The notes under the pieces were generated by a model. The model did not search any database and was not told the origin of the DNA. It saw only the letters and a program-made list of their open reading frames with translations. This document shows positions 15,945 to 25,312 of a DNA stretch of 52,341 bases, piece after piece. This stretch comes from a virus (taxonomy: Duplodnaviria > Caudoviricetes). Numbering within the stretch: position 1 is the stretch's first letter; each line of letters opens with the position of its first letter. The stretch spans positions 1 to 52,341 of IMG/VR virus record IMGVR_UViG_3300032277_000006. One strand, written 5' to 3'. The translations under genes and the position numbers were made by a program.

Positions 15945-16469
15945 ATGCTTTTCCTCTCGATTCAAGATACGGTGCATGAAAAGTTCACCGGGTTCATGCA
16001 CGGCGCGAATTGGTTCGACGGAATTTCCGCACACAATGTCACCGCTGACGAGGCGGAAGGCGTTCGCCGTGTTTTCCATCGCAACCTTCAAGCAGTGGAG
16101 ATCAGCGAAGATGAAGCTCTCAATACCCTCCGTAGCCACGAGGCTCTCCAGTCCATTCCGCACGTGGAGCGCATCGTTTCGGAGGACGGGCGGACTGCCG
16201 AGGAACGCAACAACGCCGGGCAAGGTGCAGGTGATTCCGCGGGAGGGCCAACGGGGGATGGAGCCCCCAACGGGGACAGTGTGGGGTCCAGTGCTGAGCG
16301 CCTCCAACAGATCGCCGTTCTGATCCGCAACCTCGACGAAGACGAAGACGACGCGTGGACCGACGCCGGGCTACCCGCCGTAGAGGCAATCTCAGAAGCC
16401 CTTAAGCAAAACGTCACGCGAGACGAGATCACTGCGGCCCTTCCGGATTTCAAGCGCGGCGACGCCTAA
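15945..16469 (+). CDS. head-associated protein with small C-terminal helical domain
   Basis: Post-capsid position; DDAWTDAGLPAVEAI...VTRDEI motif. Confidence 0.6.
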   Translation: MLFLSIQDTVHEKFTGFMHGANWFDGISAHNVTADEAEGVRRVFHRNLQAVEISEDEALNTLRSHEALQSIPHVERIVSEDGRTAEERNNAGQGAGDSAGGPTGDGAPNGDSVGSSAERLQQIAVLIRNLDEDEDDAWTDAGLPAVEAISEALKQNVTRDEITAALPDFKRGDA

Positions 16470-16485
16470 GGTACCGTGAACTCAG

Positions 16486-16938
16486 ATGCTTCGACCTACC
16501 CATCGACGCTCCTCAACGCAGGACTCCGACGGCCTCGCCGCGGTGTACGACGTGTCGAGGTCGAAGCATCTGAGTGCGGCACGTCCGGTATTCACCTTCG
16601 GATTCAACCACCGCAGAGCCAAGCCGAACTTCTATCTCCGATCGACAGGGGACCTTCCGTCCTCCGCGTCGGGCTACCTACTTCCTCGTAATGCCACAGT
16701 CACAGCCATCACAGTCAAGCTCGCAGACGTGGGCACAGGCTCGCTTGACGTCCAGGTGGAACGCGGGGGAACCTTCCTTCTTGTGTCGTCCGTGACCCTC
16801 ACAGGCGAGGATGAGAAGGTGCTAACAGGTCTGGACGTGGACGTTCAGGCAGGGGACGCGCTCGCCGTGAGGGTGGGCACCGGACCCGTCAATTTTCCAG
16901 TGGTGAGTGTGGAACTCGCCTGGCGTCTCACCCTATAA
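16486..16938 (+). CDS. virion fibre/decoration paralogue 1 (module B only)
   Basis: YDVSRSKHLS...LPRNATVTAI...VVSVELAWR, shared with the next two genes. Confidence 0.65.
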   Translation: MLRPTHRRSSTQDSDGLAAVYDVSRSKHLSAARPVFTFGFNHRRAKPNFYLRSTGDLPSSASGYLLPRNATVTAITVKLADVGTGSLDVQVERGGTFLLVSSVTLTGEDEKVLTGLDVDVQAGDALAVRVGTGPVNFPVVSVELAWRLTL

Positions 16939-16951
16939 GGAGAACCGGCCC

Positions 16952-18373
16952 ATGGCAATGTGGGATATCACGATCAAGAATAACTCGGGCGGCGCCGTCG
17001 TCATCGAGGACATGGGCATCACGCTGGCGAACGGCGCAGCGGAGAACTTCGCCGAGTCGTTCAGCTATACACAGATCGCCGACTCAGACGACCTACGCAC
17101 GCTCGTCACCGCGGGTACGCTCGTAGTCAACGACGGCGCGGCAGACCTGTCCGCCGCGGACGGAACCTTCCGCCTGACGATCCACAACATCGAGGAAGTG
17201 CGCAAGGACCACTACACCAAAACGCAACTCTCCTCAGGCACCGCGGGTGTCAATGTCCACTGGGACAATATCACGAACGCCCCGAGCTTCGGAGCGCCTA
17301 CGTGGTTGGCGCCTGTGCGATTCCGCGTCACAGCCATCGCTGCATCGGCGCCGGTAAGCCCCGCCTCGGGTGACGTCTACGTCAATACCACGAACAACCC
17401 GGACGAGTACCACAAGTGGAACGGTGTGGCGTGGGTCAGTCAGGGCAACGCCGCGGATGGGGATCGAGTGATCGACCTGTCGACCGGCGCGGAGCTGATC
17501 CAGGTCTACTCGACGACGGGCGACGCGTGGACGGCGGAAGCGGCCAACGCCGACAACGACGCAGCTATCGTGGACGACGACGGCGACGCCAAGGCGGCGC
17601 AGTACTCGTACAACACCACTGGCACGACATGGAGCAAGATTGCCGATGTCGACTTCGGCGGACACCTCGACGGCGCGGCGGGCAAGCACGACGCGTCGGA
17701 GGTCGACGTCGAAGGTACCTACACCAACATCTCGGGCACGCCCACGGATCTCGAGACCACCATTTCAGCGATCGACACAGCGCTGGGTGCGACCAACACT
17801 AACACCCTTGATGAAGCGTACGACGAAGGCGGCGCAGGCGCAGGGCGAACCGTCACGGCGGACACAGGGGCTGTTGTCCTGGACGCGTCCGCTGCGACCA
17901 ACGCTGGGCTGCAGGTGACGCCGCATGCGACGCTGCCCACCACGGGGCTCTCCGCTGGACAGGTGGCCGTAAAGGACAACATCCTTTATGTCTACGACGC
18001 CACGCGCACAAAGTGGCTCTCCGCCCAGCGGTTGACGTTGACGTTTGGTCGAAAAGGTGCTACACGTGACCAGTACCTAAACTTCGGGGTCGGTGAGCTG
18101 CCGTCGAATAACGCTGGGTTCCGCATGCTCCGCAACATGACGATTACAGGCATCTCGGCGCAGCTCGACGCGTCTGGTACCTGCACCGCGGAGATTCGCA
18201 AGAACGATTCCGCCACGATCATCGCTTCCGAAGCTGTGGCCGCTGCTCTGGGAAGCCAAGATGGAGCCATCAACGTTGACGTAAACGTGGGTGATTACCT
18301 GCAGTCGTACCTGGAAAGCACGGCGAAGGTGCAGGATCCAGTCGTCGTTGTCGAACTGGCCTACCGCGAGTAA
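16952..18373 (+). CDS. virion fibre/decoration paralogue 2 (module A + shaft + module B)
   Basis: AAGGAG RBS; Gly/Ala/Thr/Asp-rich; shares N- and C-modules with neighbours. Confidence 0.7.
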   Translation: MAMWDITIKNNSGGAVVIEDMGITLANGAAENFAESFSYTQIADSDDLRTLVTAGTLVVNDGAADLSAADGTFRLTIHNIEEVRKDHYTKTQLSSGTAGVNVHWDNITNAPSFGAPTWLAPVRFRVTAIAASAPVSPASGDVYVNTTNNPDEYHKWNGVAWVSQGNAADGDRVIDLSTGAELIQVYSTTGDAWTAEAANADNDAAIVDDDGDAKAAQYSYNTTGTTWSKIADVDFGGHLDGAAGKHDASEVDVEGTYTNISGTPTDLETTISAIDTALGATNTNTLDEAYDEGGAGAGRTVTADTGAVVLDASAATNAGLQVTPHATLPTTGLSAGQVAVKDNILYVYDATRTKWLSAQRLTLTFGRKGATRDQYLNFGVGELPSNNAGFRMLRNMTITGISAQLDASGTCTAEIRKNDSATIIASEAVAAALGSQDGAINVDVNVGDYLQSYLESTAKVQDPVVVVELAYRE

Positions 18374-18388
18374 TAGGGGGAGTCGTCC

Positions 18389-19156
18389 GTGCCTACTACG
18401 ATCATAGTTAAGAACCCGGGAGCTTCTTCCGTCGGTATCCAGGACATGGGTATCGTACTGGAGGCAGGCACTCAGGAAACGTTCGTAGGCACGGACGGCA
18501 GCTTCTCTATCGGAGACGTTTACGAGAGCGTGGATCTTGCGACCCATGTGGGCGCCGGAACCCTCGTTATCCATGACGGCACGTCTGACCTCTCCGCCGC
18601 GGATGGTGTGAAGCACGTTAACGTGCAGACCCAGCTCGAGGACGAACCAGAGGATTCAGGGGGCACAGGTAATCACGTAGGTAGCTCAGCCCCCACGGGC
18701 ACGCCCGCCGCAGGAAACCTCTGGTTCCACACAGGTACGGGGCAGAACCTGCTTTACTGCTACGACGGCTCACGCTCGAAGTGGTTGTCCGTGCAGCGTC
18801 TCGTATTCGCCTACGGAAAGAAGGGCAAGGCCAAGGACGTCTACATGGAAGCGCTCGACGGAATCGGCGAGCCTGAGTCCATGTACGACATGCTGAGAAA
18901 CGCCACAGTAACCGGGATCGGAGTTGCAGCGGAAGAGGTACACAGCGGCGCAGCTATTGATATCGAGATTCGCGCGAACGAAGTCAAGATCGGACACATC
19001 GACACGACCGTGTCCGAGCCCTTCGCCGCACGAGACGAGAACCTGAACCTCGACATTGCCCAGGGGGCGATGCTTCAGCTCTACATCAATTCACCCAACA
19101 ACAAAAAAATTGAAGACACGGTGGCTTGGGTAGAAGTCGCCTGGAGGGCCTCCTGA
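18389..19156 (+). CDS. virion fibre/decoration paralogue 3 (module A + module B)
   Basis: VKNPG..V.IQDMGI...GTLVIHDGTSDLSAADG and YDGSRSKWLS...MLRNATVTGI...VEVAWR. Confidence 0.7.
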   Translation: MPTTIIVKNPGASSVGIQDMGIVLEAGTQETFVGTDGSFSIGDVYESVDLATHVGAGTLVIHDGTSDLSAADGVKHVNVQTQLEDEPEDSGGTGNHVGSSAPTGTPAAGNLWFHTGTGQNLLYCYDGSRSKWLSVQRLVFAYGKKGKAKDVYMEALDGIGEPESMYDMLRNATVTGIGVAAEEVHSGAAIDIEIRANEVKIGHIDTTVSEPFAARDENLNLDIAQGAMLQLYINSPNNKKIEDTVAWVEVAWRAS

Positions 19157-20151
19157 TGATAATGACGGTGCGTAACACCACAGGAGGAGACGTGGTAATC
19201 AGGGATCTGGGAATGTTCACCATCGCCGCAGGCGAGACGGAGGACATCCTGGATCAACTGCCGCTGTACCGCATTGCGGACTCGAAAGGACTCTTGGAGA
19301 AGGTCCTGGACGGTAGCTTGGTAGTGAACAATGGAGAAGTGGACATGACGGCAGCGGAAGGGGCCATCTATTTGGCCTTGCAACCGGTAGCGATCGGACC
19401 TAAGGACCCGAGCGGGAAGATGCGTGTGCATCAAAGCTCCCGCCCGCTGGGCACCAGCACGCTGTGGGCAGGATCAGGAGACGACCCGACAGTACCGAAG
19501 GACGTCGGCGGGGGCGCTACGTTCGAGTTCGTGCACGAAGCGAACGACGCGGACGGCGAGAGTCAGCACAGGCTGATCGACCTGAACACGATCGGCAACA
19601 AGACCTATCTGCACGAAGCCTTGCTGACGTGGAAGGGTGCCGATATGGACAAGGTAACCGCGGGGATCGTTCCGCGTACGGTCACAGTCGGCACGAGCAC
19701 CGGGACGAAGTACATCCTCGACCCAGGCGGTAGCGGCATGGTCCTACCCTGCGAGGTCACAGGCGGCGCAGATTCGGGAACGACAACCGTGTCCGACGAT
19801 CTCGCGAAGTCCGACGGCGGCCTCGTGCAGATGTTCGAAGACTTCGACACGGGGGTCAAGCCACCCTCGTTCTGGAATGCGACCTGGAACCCCACGACCG
19901 AACGATTCGAAGACATCACCGCCGCCCCATTGGGCGATGGCGAGTTCAACATCTTCTCCGTCGAGGCGTACCTACTCCGCTTCTTCATCAACGTCCCGAT
20001 GCTGGGCGACGGGTTCCAAATCTTCAACTCGAGCGACACCAGCCCGATCGGGCACGGGCTCCGGATCAAGATCGAATGGAAGACGGAGGATGCCGCCCGT
20101 GAGTGGAAGCTGGCCGCGGTCCTGATCATGCACAGGGAGAAGACCACGTGA
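19156..20151 (+). CDS. virion protein paralogue 4 (module A + unrelated C-domain)
   Basis: TGATG coupling; VRNTTGGDVVIRDLG...GSLVVNNGEVDMTAAEG. Confidence 0.65.
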   Translation: MIMTVRNTTGGDVVIRDLGMFTIAAGETEDILDQLPLYRIADSKGLLEKVLDGSLVVNNGEVDMTAAEGAIYLALQPVAIGPKDPSGKMRVHQSSRPLGTSTLWAGSGDDPTVPKDVGGGATFEFVHEANDADGESQHRLIDLNTIGNKTYLHEALLTWKGADMDKVTAGIVPRTVTVGTSTGTKYILDPGGSGMVLPCEVTGGADSGTTTVSDDLAKSDGGLVQMFEDFDTGVKPPSFWNATWNPTTERFEDITAAPLGDGEFNIFSVEAYLLRFFINVPMLGDGFQIFNSSDTSPIGHGLRIKIEWKTEDAAREWKLAAVLIMHREKTT

Positions 20152-20603
20152 GCACGAGCCTGGGTACGAAGGACGCCGAGCATCAGGAGGACTTCGCGGT
20201 GTCGGACGCCGCGGGCAGCCCTGTTACGGGGCTGGTGCAAGCCAGCTTCACGACGGAACTCTACGAGGAGAACGATAGCCTCTCGGCTCTTCCAGTTACC
20301 ATCACCGAGTTGGGCGGTGGAGGCTATCGCGCCAAGTTCACCCCAGATGCATCTGGGAGCTGGTACCTGACGGTCAAACATGCCACCCACTTCCCGGACG
20401 GGCAGGCTGCCCAAGTGCAGGTCTTCGACGGTAACCTCAGCGGCATTTACGCAGCCGCGGAGAAGTCTCGTAAAATAGAGACCAATAGGGTAGTGATCAG
20501 CGCGGATGGGCTGACGATCACGGTGTACGAAGACGACAACACCACGATCGCCTTCCAGCTTTCACTCTCCGCCGATCGCTGCACGAGGACCCCGATTCCG
20601 TAA
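20148..20603 (+). CDS. Ig-like virion protein
   Basis: GTGA-coupled; DAAGSPVTGL...ITELGGGGYRAKFTPDASGSWYLTV beta-sandwich pattern. Confidence 0.55.
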   Translation: MSTSLGTKDAEHQEDFAVSDAAGSPVTGLVQASFTTELYEENDSLSALPVTITELGGGGYRAKFTPDASGSWYLTVKHATHFPDGQAAQVQVFDGNLSGIYAAAEKSRKIETNRVVISADGLTITVYEDDNTTIAFQLSLSADRCTRTPIP

Positions 20604-20815
20604 TGGCCACAAAACCCAGCCTCTACCCACTCTTCATGAAGAATGAGATCTTCCCCGCAGGGACGAAGGTTGTCGTGGTGGAGCCCGTCGATACCTTTCT
20701 CCAAGACGAGGAGATCGACGTCGAGGTGCAAGAGGAGAATATCTCGGTGACCGTGGCGGACGAGGCCTTGACCGTGACAGTAGACGACAACAACATCGAC
20801 GTGGAAGTCAGCTGA
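20603..20815 (+). CDS. small acidic virion-region protein
   Basis: TAATG coupling; repeated (E/D)-I-x-V-x-V strands. Confidence 0.55.
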   Translation: MATKPSLYPLFMKNEIFPAGTKVVVVEPVDTFLQDEEIDVEVQEENISVTVADEALTVTVDDNNIDVEVS

Positions 20816-21168
20816 TGGCAACTCTGAAACCCCAAGACACCGACCTGTGCCGATCCCGCGGCGACACGGAACCATTGGTCATCACGATCAAGAAAGACGG
20901 CACCGCCATCGACGTGTCGGGCTGGTCCTTCAAGTTCACCGTCGACCCCTCGAGCGATCCGACCGTCGACACAGCGAACCTATTCCAGCTGACGGGGACC
21001 TTCGTAACCGACGGCACGGACGGGCAGGTCCAGTTCTCGCCGAGCGCCGTACAGATGGACATCACCCCGGACATCTACTTCTACGACATCGAGCGCACCG
21101 ACGGTGCGGGTAAGATCCGCACCATCATGAGTGGCCAGTTCGAGGTCCTGCAGGACATCACGAAGTAA
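20815..21168 (+). CDS. BppU-N-like structural protein
   Basis: RGDT..L.ITI..DGTAIDVSG...G.V.F.....YFYDIE...G.F.V pattern. Confidence 0.6.
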   Translation: MATLKPQDTDLCRSRGDTEPLVITIKKDGTAIDVSGWSFKFTVDPSSDPTVDTANLFQLTGTFVTDGTDGQVQFSPSAVQMDITPDIYFYDIERTDGAGKIRTIMSGQFEVLQDITK

Positions 21169-21683
21169 TGGCTTTCACCACACAGAACGACAGCGGGTCC
21201 ATCGATAGCGCCAACGCCTACATCACGGTGGCCTTCTTTAAGACGTACCACAAGGACAGGGGCAACGTATTCTCGGCAGGCACCGGGGCGATCGAAGACG
21301 CCGTAATCAAGGCGACGGACTACGTCGATGCCCGCTTCCGCTACGTGGGCGATCGTACGCGCCGCGCGCAGCGCACGCAGTGGCCGCGCCTGGGAGCACA
21401 TGACCGCTCGGAGGATCTTGTCCAGGGGATCCCGTTCGAGATCCAGGAGGCCACGGCAGACCTCGCGCTGATCGCCCTGACGAACACGCTGGACCCAACA
21501 CCGACGCGGGACGATACTGGCCGCGCGGTGGAGAGCAAGCGCGAGAAGGTTGGACCGATCGAAGAGGAGACCACTTACGCGAACGGAGGCATCTCGCTGA
21601 ATCGTCCGGAGTACCCAGTGGCAGACAACAAGATCATTCTCGCGGGCCTGACGGTGCGCGGTACAATCTTGAAGAGGGGCTGA
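21168..21683 (+). CDS. head-tail adaptor (DnaT-like family)
   Basis: ANAYITVA, AVIKATDYVD, QWPR, EKVGPIE motifs. Confidence 0.75.
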   Translation: MAFTTQNDSGSIDSANAYITVAFFKTYHKDRGNVFSAGTGAIEDAVIKATDYVDARFRYVGDRTRRAQRTQWPRLGAHDRSEDLVQGIPFEIQEATADLALIALTNTLDPTPTRDDTGRAVESKREKVGPIEEETTYANGGISLNRPEYPVADNKIILAGLTVRGTILKRG

Positions 21684-22081
21684 TGGCACGCTTCGATTCC
21701 GCGATAGCTCTGGCGAAGCGGCTGATCCTGAAGAACGGAGAGACGGCGACATTACGCCGACCGGTCGATGGAACACTGGCAGACGCCACCAAGCCTTGGG
21801 AGGGCACGGCAGGAACTCCGCACGACGCAAAAGTCGCCATGGTTTTCCTGGGGGAAGAGTCCGCCAGGTCCTTCGGGCTGATGCTGAAATCAGGGGAGCA
21901 GATGGTTTTGATCGCCGCGGACGACCTGGCGACGACGGGGCCATCCTCCGTGCGATTCAATCCGGATCCTTCGACAGACATCATTCTGCGGGCTGACGGC
22001 GAGCGTTGGTCGCTCGTGAAGCGTAAGCCGCTGAAACCAAACGGACAATACATCCTGGAAATCCTGGTAGTCAAGAAATGA
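21683..22081 (+). CDS. head closure / head-tail connector
   Basis: AKRLILKNGE..TLRR...KPW; position after the adaptor. Confidence 0.65.
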   Translation: MARFDSAIALAKRLILKNGETATLRRPVDGTLADATKPWEGTAGTPHDAKVAMVFLGEESARSFGLMLKSGEQMVLIAADDLATTGPSSVRFNPDPSTDIILRADGERWSLVKRKPLKPNGQYILEILVVKK

Positions 22082-22518
22082 GCGCCACTTTCGACGTAGC
22101 ACGAGACGAGATGTACGGCACCTTCCGCACCGCGTGGGAGGCGGGCGCTGGTGCACACAACTCGGGAACCGTGCCGACGGTGTTCTACGACGGACTCGGC
22201 AAAGAGGGTGAGAAGCCTCACTCCGCCCCCTGGGCTCGAGCTCAAATCAGACACTTCGCAGGAGATCAAGCAGCGTTCGGAGGCACGAACCTCTATGAGC
22301 GAACAGGAACGGTAACGATTCAGATCTTTCAGCCCCTGGGCAACAACCTCTCGCAGTGCGAGGAGTTGGTCAAGGTGGCCAAGGGGGCGTTCGAGGGAGT
22401 ATCCACGACGTCCTGTGTCAATTTCTACAGGGTTCGAATGATCGAGGTGGGCACCACTGAGTCGTGGTACCAAATGAACGTCCTCGCGGATTTCGAGTAT
22501 CACGAGACAGGAGCATAA
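22078..22518 (+). CDS. tail terminator protein
   Basis: PWARAQIRH...G.V.IQIFQP.G...WYQMNV; precedes the tail tube gene. Confidence 0.7.
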   Translation: MSATFDVARDEMYGTFRTAWEAGAGAHNSGTVPTVFYDGLGKEGEKPHSAPWARAQIRHFAGDQAAFGGTNLYERTGTVTIQIFQPLGNNLSQCEELVKVAKGAFEGVSTTSCVNFYRVRMIEVGTTESWYQMNVLADFEYHETGA

Positions 22519-22521
22519 GGG

Positions 22522-24045
22522 ATGGCTAAGAACACCCTCAGCGGTAACGGTACCGGACTTCGCGTTGCGGAAGAGGAGACGGATTGTGTCGGCGTTCTGC
22601 CCACGACCCCGAACTGGCGCGAGCGCGAGCCGAACAGCTACGGAGACTTCGGCGGCGAAGTCGTTACGGTGCCTCGTGCGCCAATCACCTCGGACCGGCA
22701 ACGTCGCAAGGGCTCCAAGGTCGACGAGAACGCTTCAGGCGCGTGGAACGAGGACCTAACCGCGGCGAACCTCCAGGAAGATCTGCAGGGGTTCTTCCTT
22801 GCGGACCTGCGGAACAACGCCGAGTTCTCGGCGATCACCAACGTCGACGGAACCGCGGAAGAGTTCGACGCCGCATCCGGGCTTGGCGTCTTCGATGTCG
22901 GCAACCTGATCTTCGTGTCGGGGTTCGTCAGCTCAACCAATAACGGGCTCAAGCGTGTGACCAGCTCCTCGGCTACGGCCGTCGGAGTGGCGGAGAACCT
23001 TGTCGACGACGCCTCGCCCGCGGCTGGGCACAAGATCGTTCGCGTCGGTCATCGTGCGGGCGCAGGGGATATCGATGTCGACGTGTCGGGCTCGTTGCCG
23101 AAGATCACGTCTACCACGCTCGATTTCACGACGCTGGATCTGATCCCGGGCCAGTGGGTGTTCCTGGGCGGAGACGCCGTGATCACCAAGTTCACCAACG
23201 CGGCCAACAATGGCTTCAAGCGGATCCGAAGCATCACGGCTACGGAGATCGTGTTCGACAAGTCGGACTCTACCATGGTTGTGGAGGCCTCAACGACGGA
23301 GACGATCGAAATCTTCTTCGGGCGCGTGCTGAAGAACGAGAAGGGCGCACTGATCAAGAAGCGTTCGTACCAACTCGAGCGTCAGCTTGGTTCGGACACG
23401 AACGGAGTCATGTCGGAGTACATCGTCGGCGCCTTGCCCAACGAAGCGACGCTGAATCTTCAGACCGCGGACAAGGTCAACATTGATCTGTCGTACGCGG
23501 CGCTTCGCAGCGAAATCCGAGACGGCACAACCGGGGTCAAGACGGGAACCCGTCCGGACGCCATTGGTGGTGACGCCTACAATGCCAGCTCGGACGTCAG
23601 CCGCCAGAACGTGCACGTTGTCACGGCCGGGAACGAGGCGCCTACCAAGCTCTTCGCTTTCTTCCGTGATCTCACCATCACGATCAACAACAACTTCACC
23701 ATCGACAAGGCCATCGGATCTGACGGCGGCATCGACGGTACGGAGGGCTTGTTCCAGGTCGGAGGTCAGTTCACCGCGTATTTCGCCGACACGGCAGGTG
23801 TCGCCGCGGTCAAGGCGAACTCGGATGTATCCCTGGATCTCCATTTCGTCACCAAGAATAAGGGGATCACGTTCGACCTACCACTCATAACCCTGGGTGA
23901 CGGTCGACTCAACATCGAGCCCAACCAGGCCATCACGCTGCCTGTCAGCACGGAAGCGGCCTCGGGTGCAGACGTGGACGCTACGGCGCTCGATCACACT
24001 CTTCTCATGCAATTCTGGGATTATCTTCCTACTGCCGCTGACTAA
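22522..24045 (+). CDS. major tail (tube) protein
   Basis: EPNSYGDFGG...RQRRKG; LTITINNN; DLPLITLGDGRLN; followed by a terminator. Confidence 0.85.
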   Translation: MAKNTLSGNGTGLRVAEEETDCVGVLPTTPNWREREPNSYGDFGGEVVTVPRAPITSDRQRRKGSKVDENASGAWNEDLTAANLQEDLQGFFLADLRNNAEFSAITNVDGTAEEFDAASGLGVFDVGNLIFVSGFVSSTNNGLKRVTSSSATAVGVAENLVDDASPAAGHKIVRVGHRAGAGDIDVDVSGSLPKITSTTLDFTTLDLIPGQWVFLGGDAVITKFTNAANNGFKRIRSITATEIVFDKSDSTMVVEASTTETIEIFFGRVLKNEKGALIKKRSYQLERQLGSDTNGVMSEYIVGALPNEATLNLQTADKVNIDLSYAALRSEIRDGTTGVKTGTRPDAIGGDAYNASSDVSRQNVHVVTAGNEAPTKLFAFFRDLTITINNNFTIDKAIGSDGGIDGTEGLFQVGGQFTAYFADTAGVAAVKANSDVSLDLHFVTKNKGITFDLPLITLGDGRLNIEPNQAITLPVSTEAASGADVDATALDHTLLMQFWDYLPTAAD

Positions 24046-24081
24046 GTGGTAAGATAATCCAAGTTGGTCAGGATATGACGT

Positions 24082-24116
24082 CGGGGCGGTCTCATTCTTG
24101 AGGCTGCCCCGTTTTT
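24082..24116 (+). terminator. intrinsic terminator
   Basis: CGGGGCGGTCTCA-ttct-TGAGGCTGCCCCG-TTTTT. Confidence 0.8.
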
Positions 24117-24133
24117 CAATTCAGGAGGAACAC

Positions 24134-24556
24134 ATGGGTTTACGGGATCGATTCAGCACGGACACGGACTTGGAGATCGAAGGCGTCTGGTGCGACTACG
24201 GCGAAGGCGTGCGGGTGCAGGTGGGACGCGCGGGAGGCGCGAACGTGGACTACCTCAAGGCCACGGAGGATCTCTACCGGAAGCACAAAACCCTCATCGA
24301 CATGGAGGCCATGCCCGCCGCGTTGGCCAACCAGTTGATGCTCGAGGTGTTCGCACGAACGATCGTCAAGGAATGGGTAGGTGTCACCCAGGACGACCTT
24401 TTCCAGAACGGCATCCTCGAAGAAGCTCCCTGCACGACGGAGAACGCCGTCATCTTCCTCAAAGAGTTCGACGTCATCCACAAGGACATCAAGAAGATCT
24501 CGGACGGTAGCAGCGCCTATCGCAAGAAGGTCGACGAGGACATCGCAAAAAACTAA
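24134..24556 (+). CDS. tail assembly chaperone (gpG-like)
   Basis: AGGAGG RBS; F.TD..LE.EGVW.DYG...RAGGAN; ends at a slippery site. Confidence 0.8.
   Translation: MGLRDRFSTDTDLEIEGVWCDYGEGVRVQVGRAGGANVDYLKATEDLYRKHKTLIDMEAMPAALANQLMLEVFARTIVKEWVGVTQDDLFQNGILEEAPCTTENAVIFLKEFDVIHKDIKKISDGSSAYRKKVDEDIAKN
24547..24553 (+). other. -1 programmed ribosomal frameshift site A AAA AAC
   Basis: XXXYYYZ heptamer just before TAA; the -1 frame is open to 24957. Confidence 0.8.
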
Positions 24557-24957
24557 TCGAGTGCCTACTCTACCGGCTCGATAATGACCCCGACTTCGAG
24601 CGCCAGATTGTGGAGCAGGCACTGCGATGCCACGGAGGCAGGATCCCCGAGAGCATCCTGAACGCACCAGAAGCCAACCCCGAGGGGCTGCTGTACTGGC
24701 ATGCGTTCGAGGATCTCAGTTCCTGCCGTCCCGTAGGCTGGGGAGATCTCCCCCGAATCCCCTGGACCGCGATGGACCGATGGGCCGAGAGGCACGGCCT
24801 ATCTGCGGACCAGTTTTCCTCTATGAAATTCATCTTGGGTAAGATGGACGAAGCAATGAGGGTTCGGAGCAGGGAGCAAAATGGCGACAAGCCGAACGCC
24901 GAAAGAGTTCGGCAGGAGGATGCGGATTCAGGCCGCTGGTCTGGCAAAGGGAGTTGA
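24553..24957 (+). CDS. tail assembly chaperone frameshift extension (gpGT-like)
   Basis: In the -1 frame of the upstream gene; YWHAFEDLSSCR...IPWTAMDRWA. Confidence 0.75.
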   Translation, partial: LIECLLYRLDNDPDFERQIVEQALRCHGGRIPESILNAPEANPEGLLYWHAFEDLSSCRPVGWGDLPRIPWTAMDRWAERHGLSADQFSSMKFILGKMDEAMRVRSREQNGDKPNAERVRQEDADSGRWSGKGS

Positions 24958-25309
24958 GCAGCTCATTCGTGGGACGTTCTTGGTAGTCGATCAGGTCGCC
25001 GTGATCGAAACTCCCATCGATACTGGACTGGCAAGGGCGAACTGGATCGCGAGTACGACGGTCCCCGCCGAAGGGGAGAACCCTCCCGACATCACGGGAG
25101 GCCAAGCACTTCAACAGGCGCAGTCCGTCGTAGGTACTTATCGCCTCGAGTTCGGGCCGATCATGGTCACGAACAATGTCAGCTATATCATCTTTCTGGA
25201 TCAGGGGTCCAGTCGGCAGTCACCGAAGGGGATGACAGCTGCAGCACTGAACGCGGGTATTCAGCACATTCGAAAGAACGTGACTGGAAAGATTCTTCCG
25301 ACGGGGTAA
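24881..25309 (+). CDS. tail completion/neck protein (HK97 gp10-like)
   Basis: TPIDTGLARANW...NNVSYI..LD.GSSRQSPKGM. Confidence 0.8.
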   Translation: MATSRTPKEFGRRMRIQAAGLAKGVEQLIRGTFLVVDQVAVIETPIDTGLARANWIASTTVPAEGENPPDITGGQALQQAQSVVGTYRLEFGPIMVTNNVSYIIFLDQGSSRQSPKGMTAAALNAGIQHIRKNVTGKILPTG

Positions 25310-25312
25310 AGC

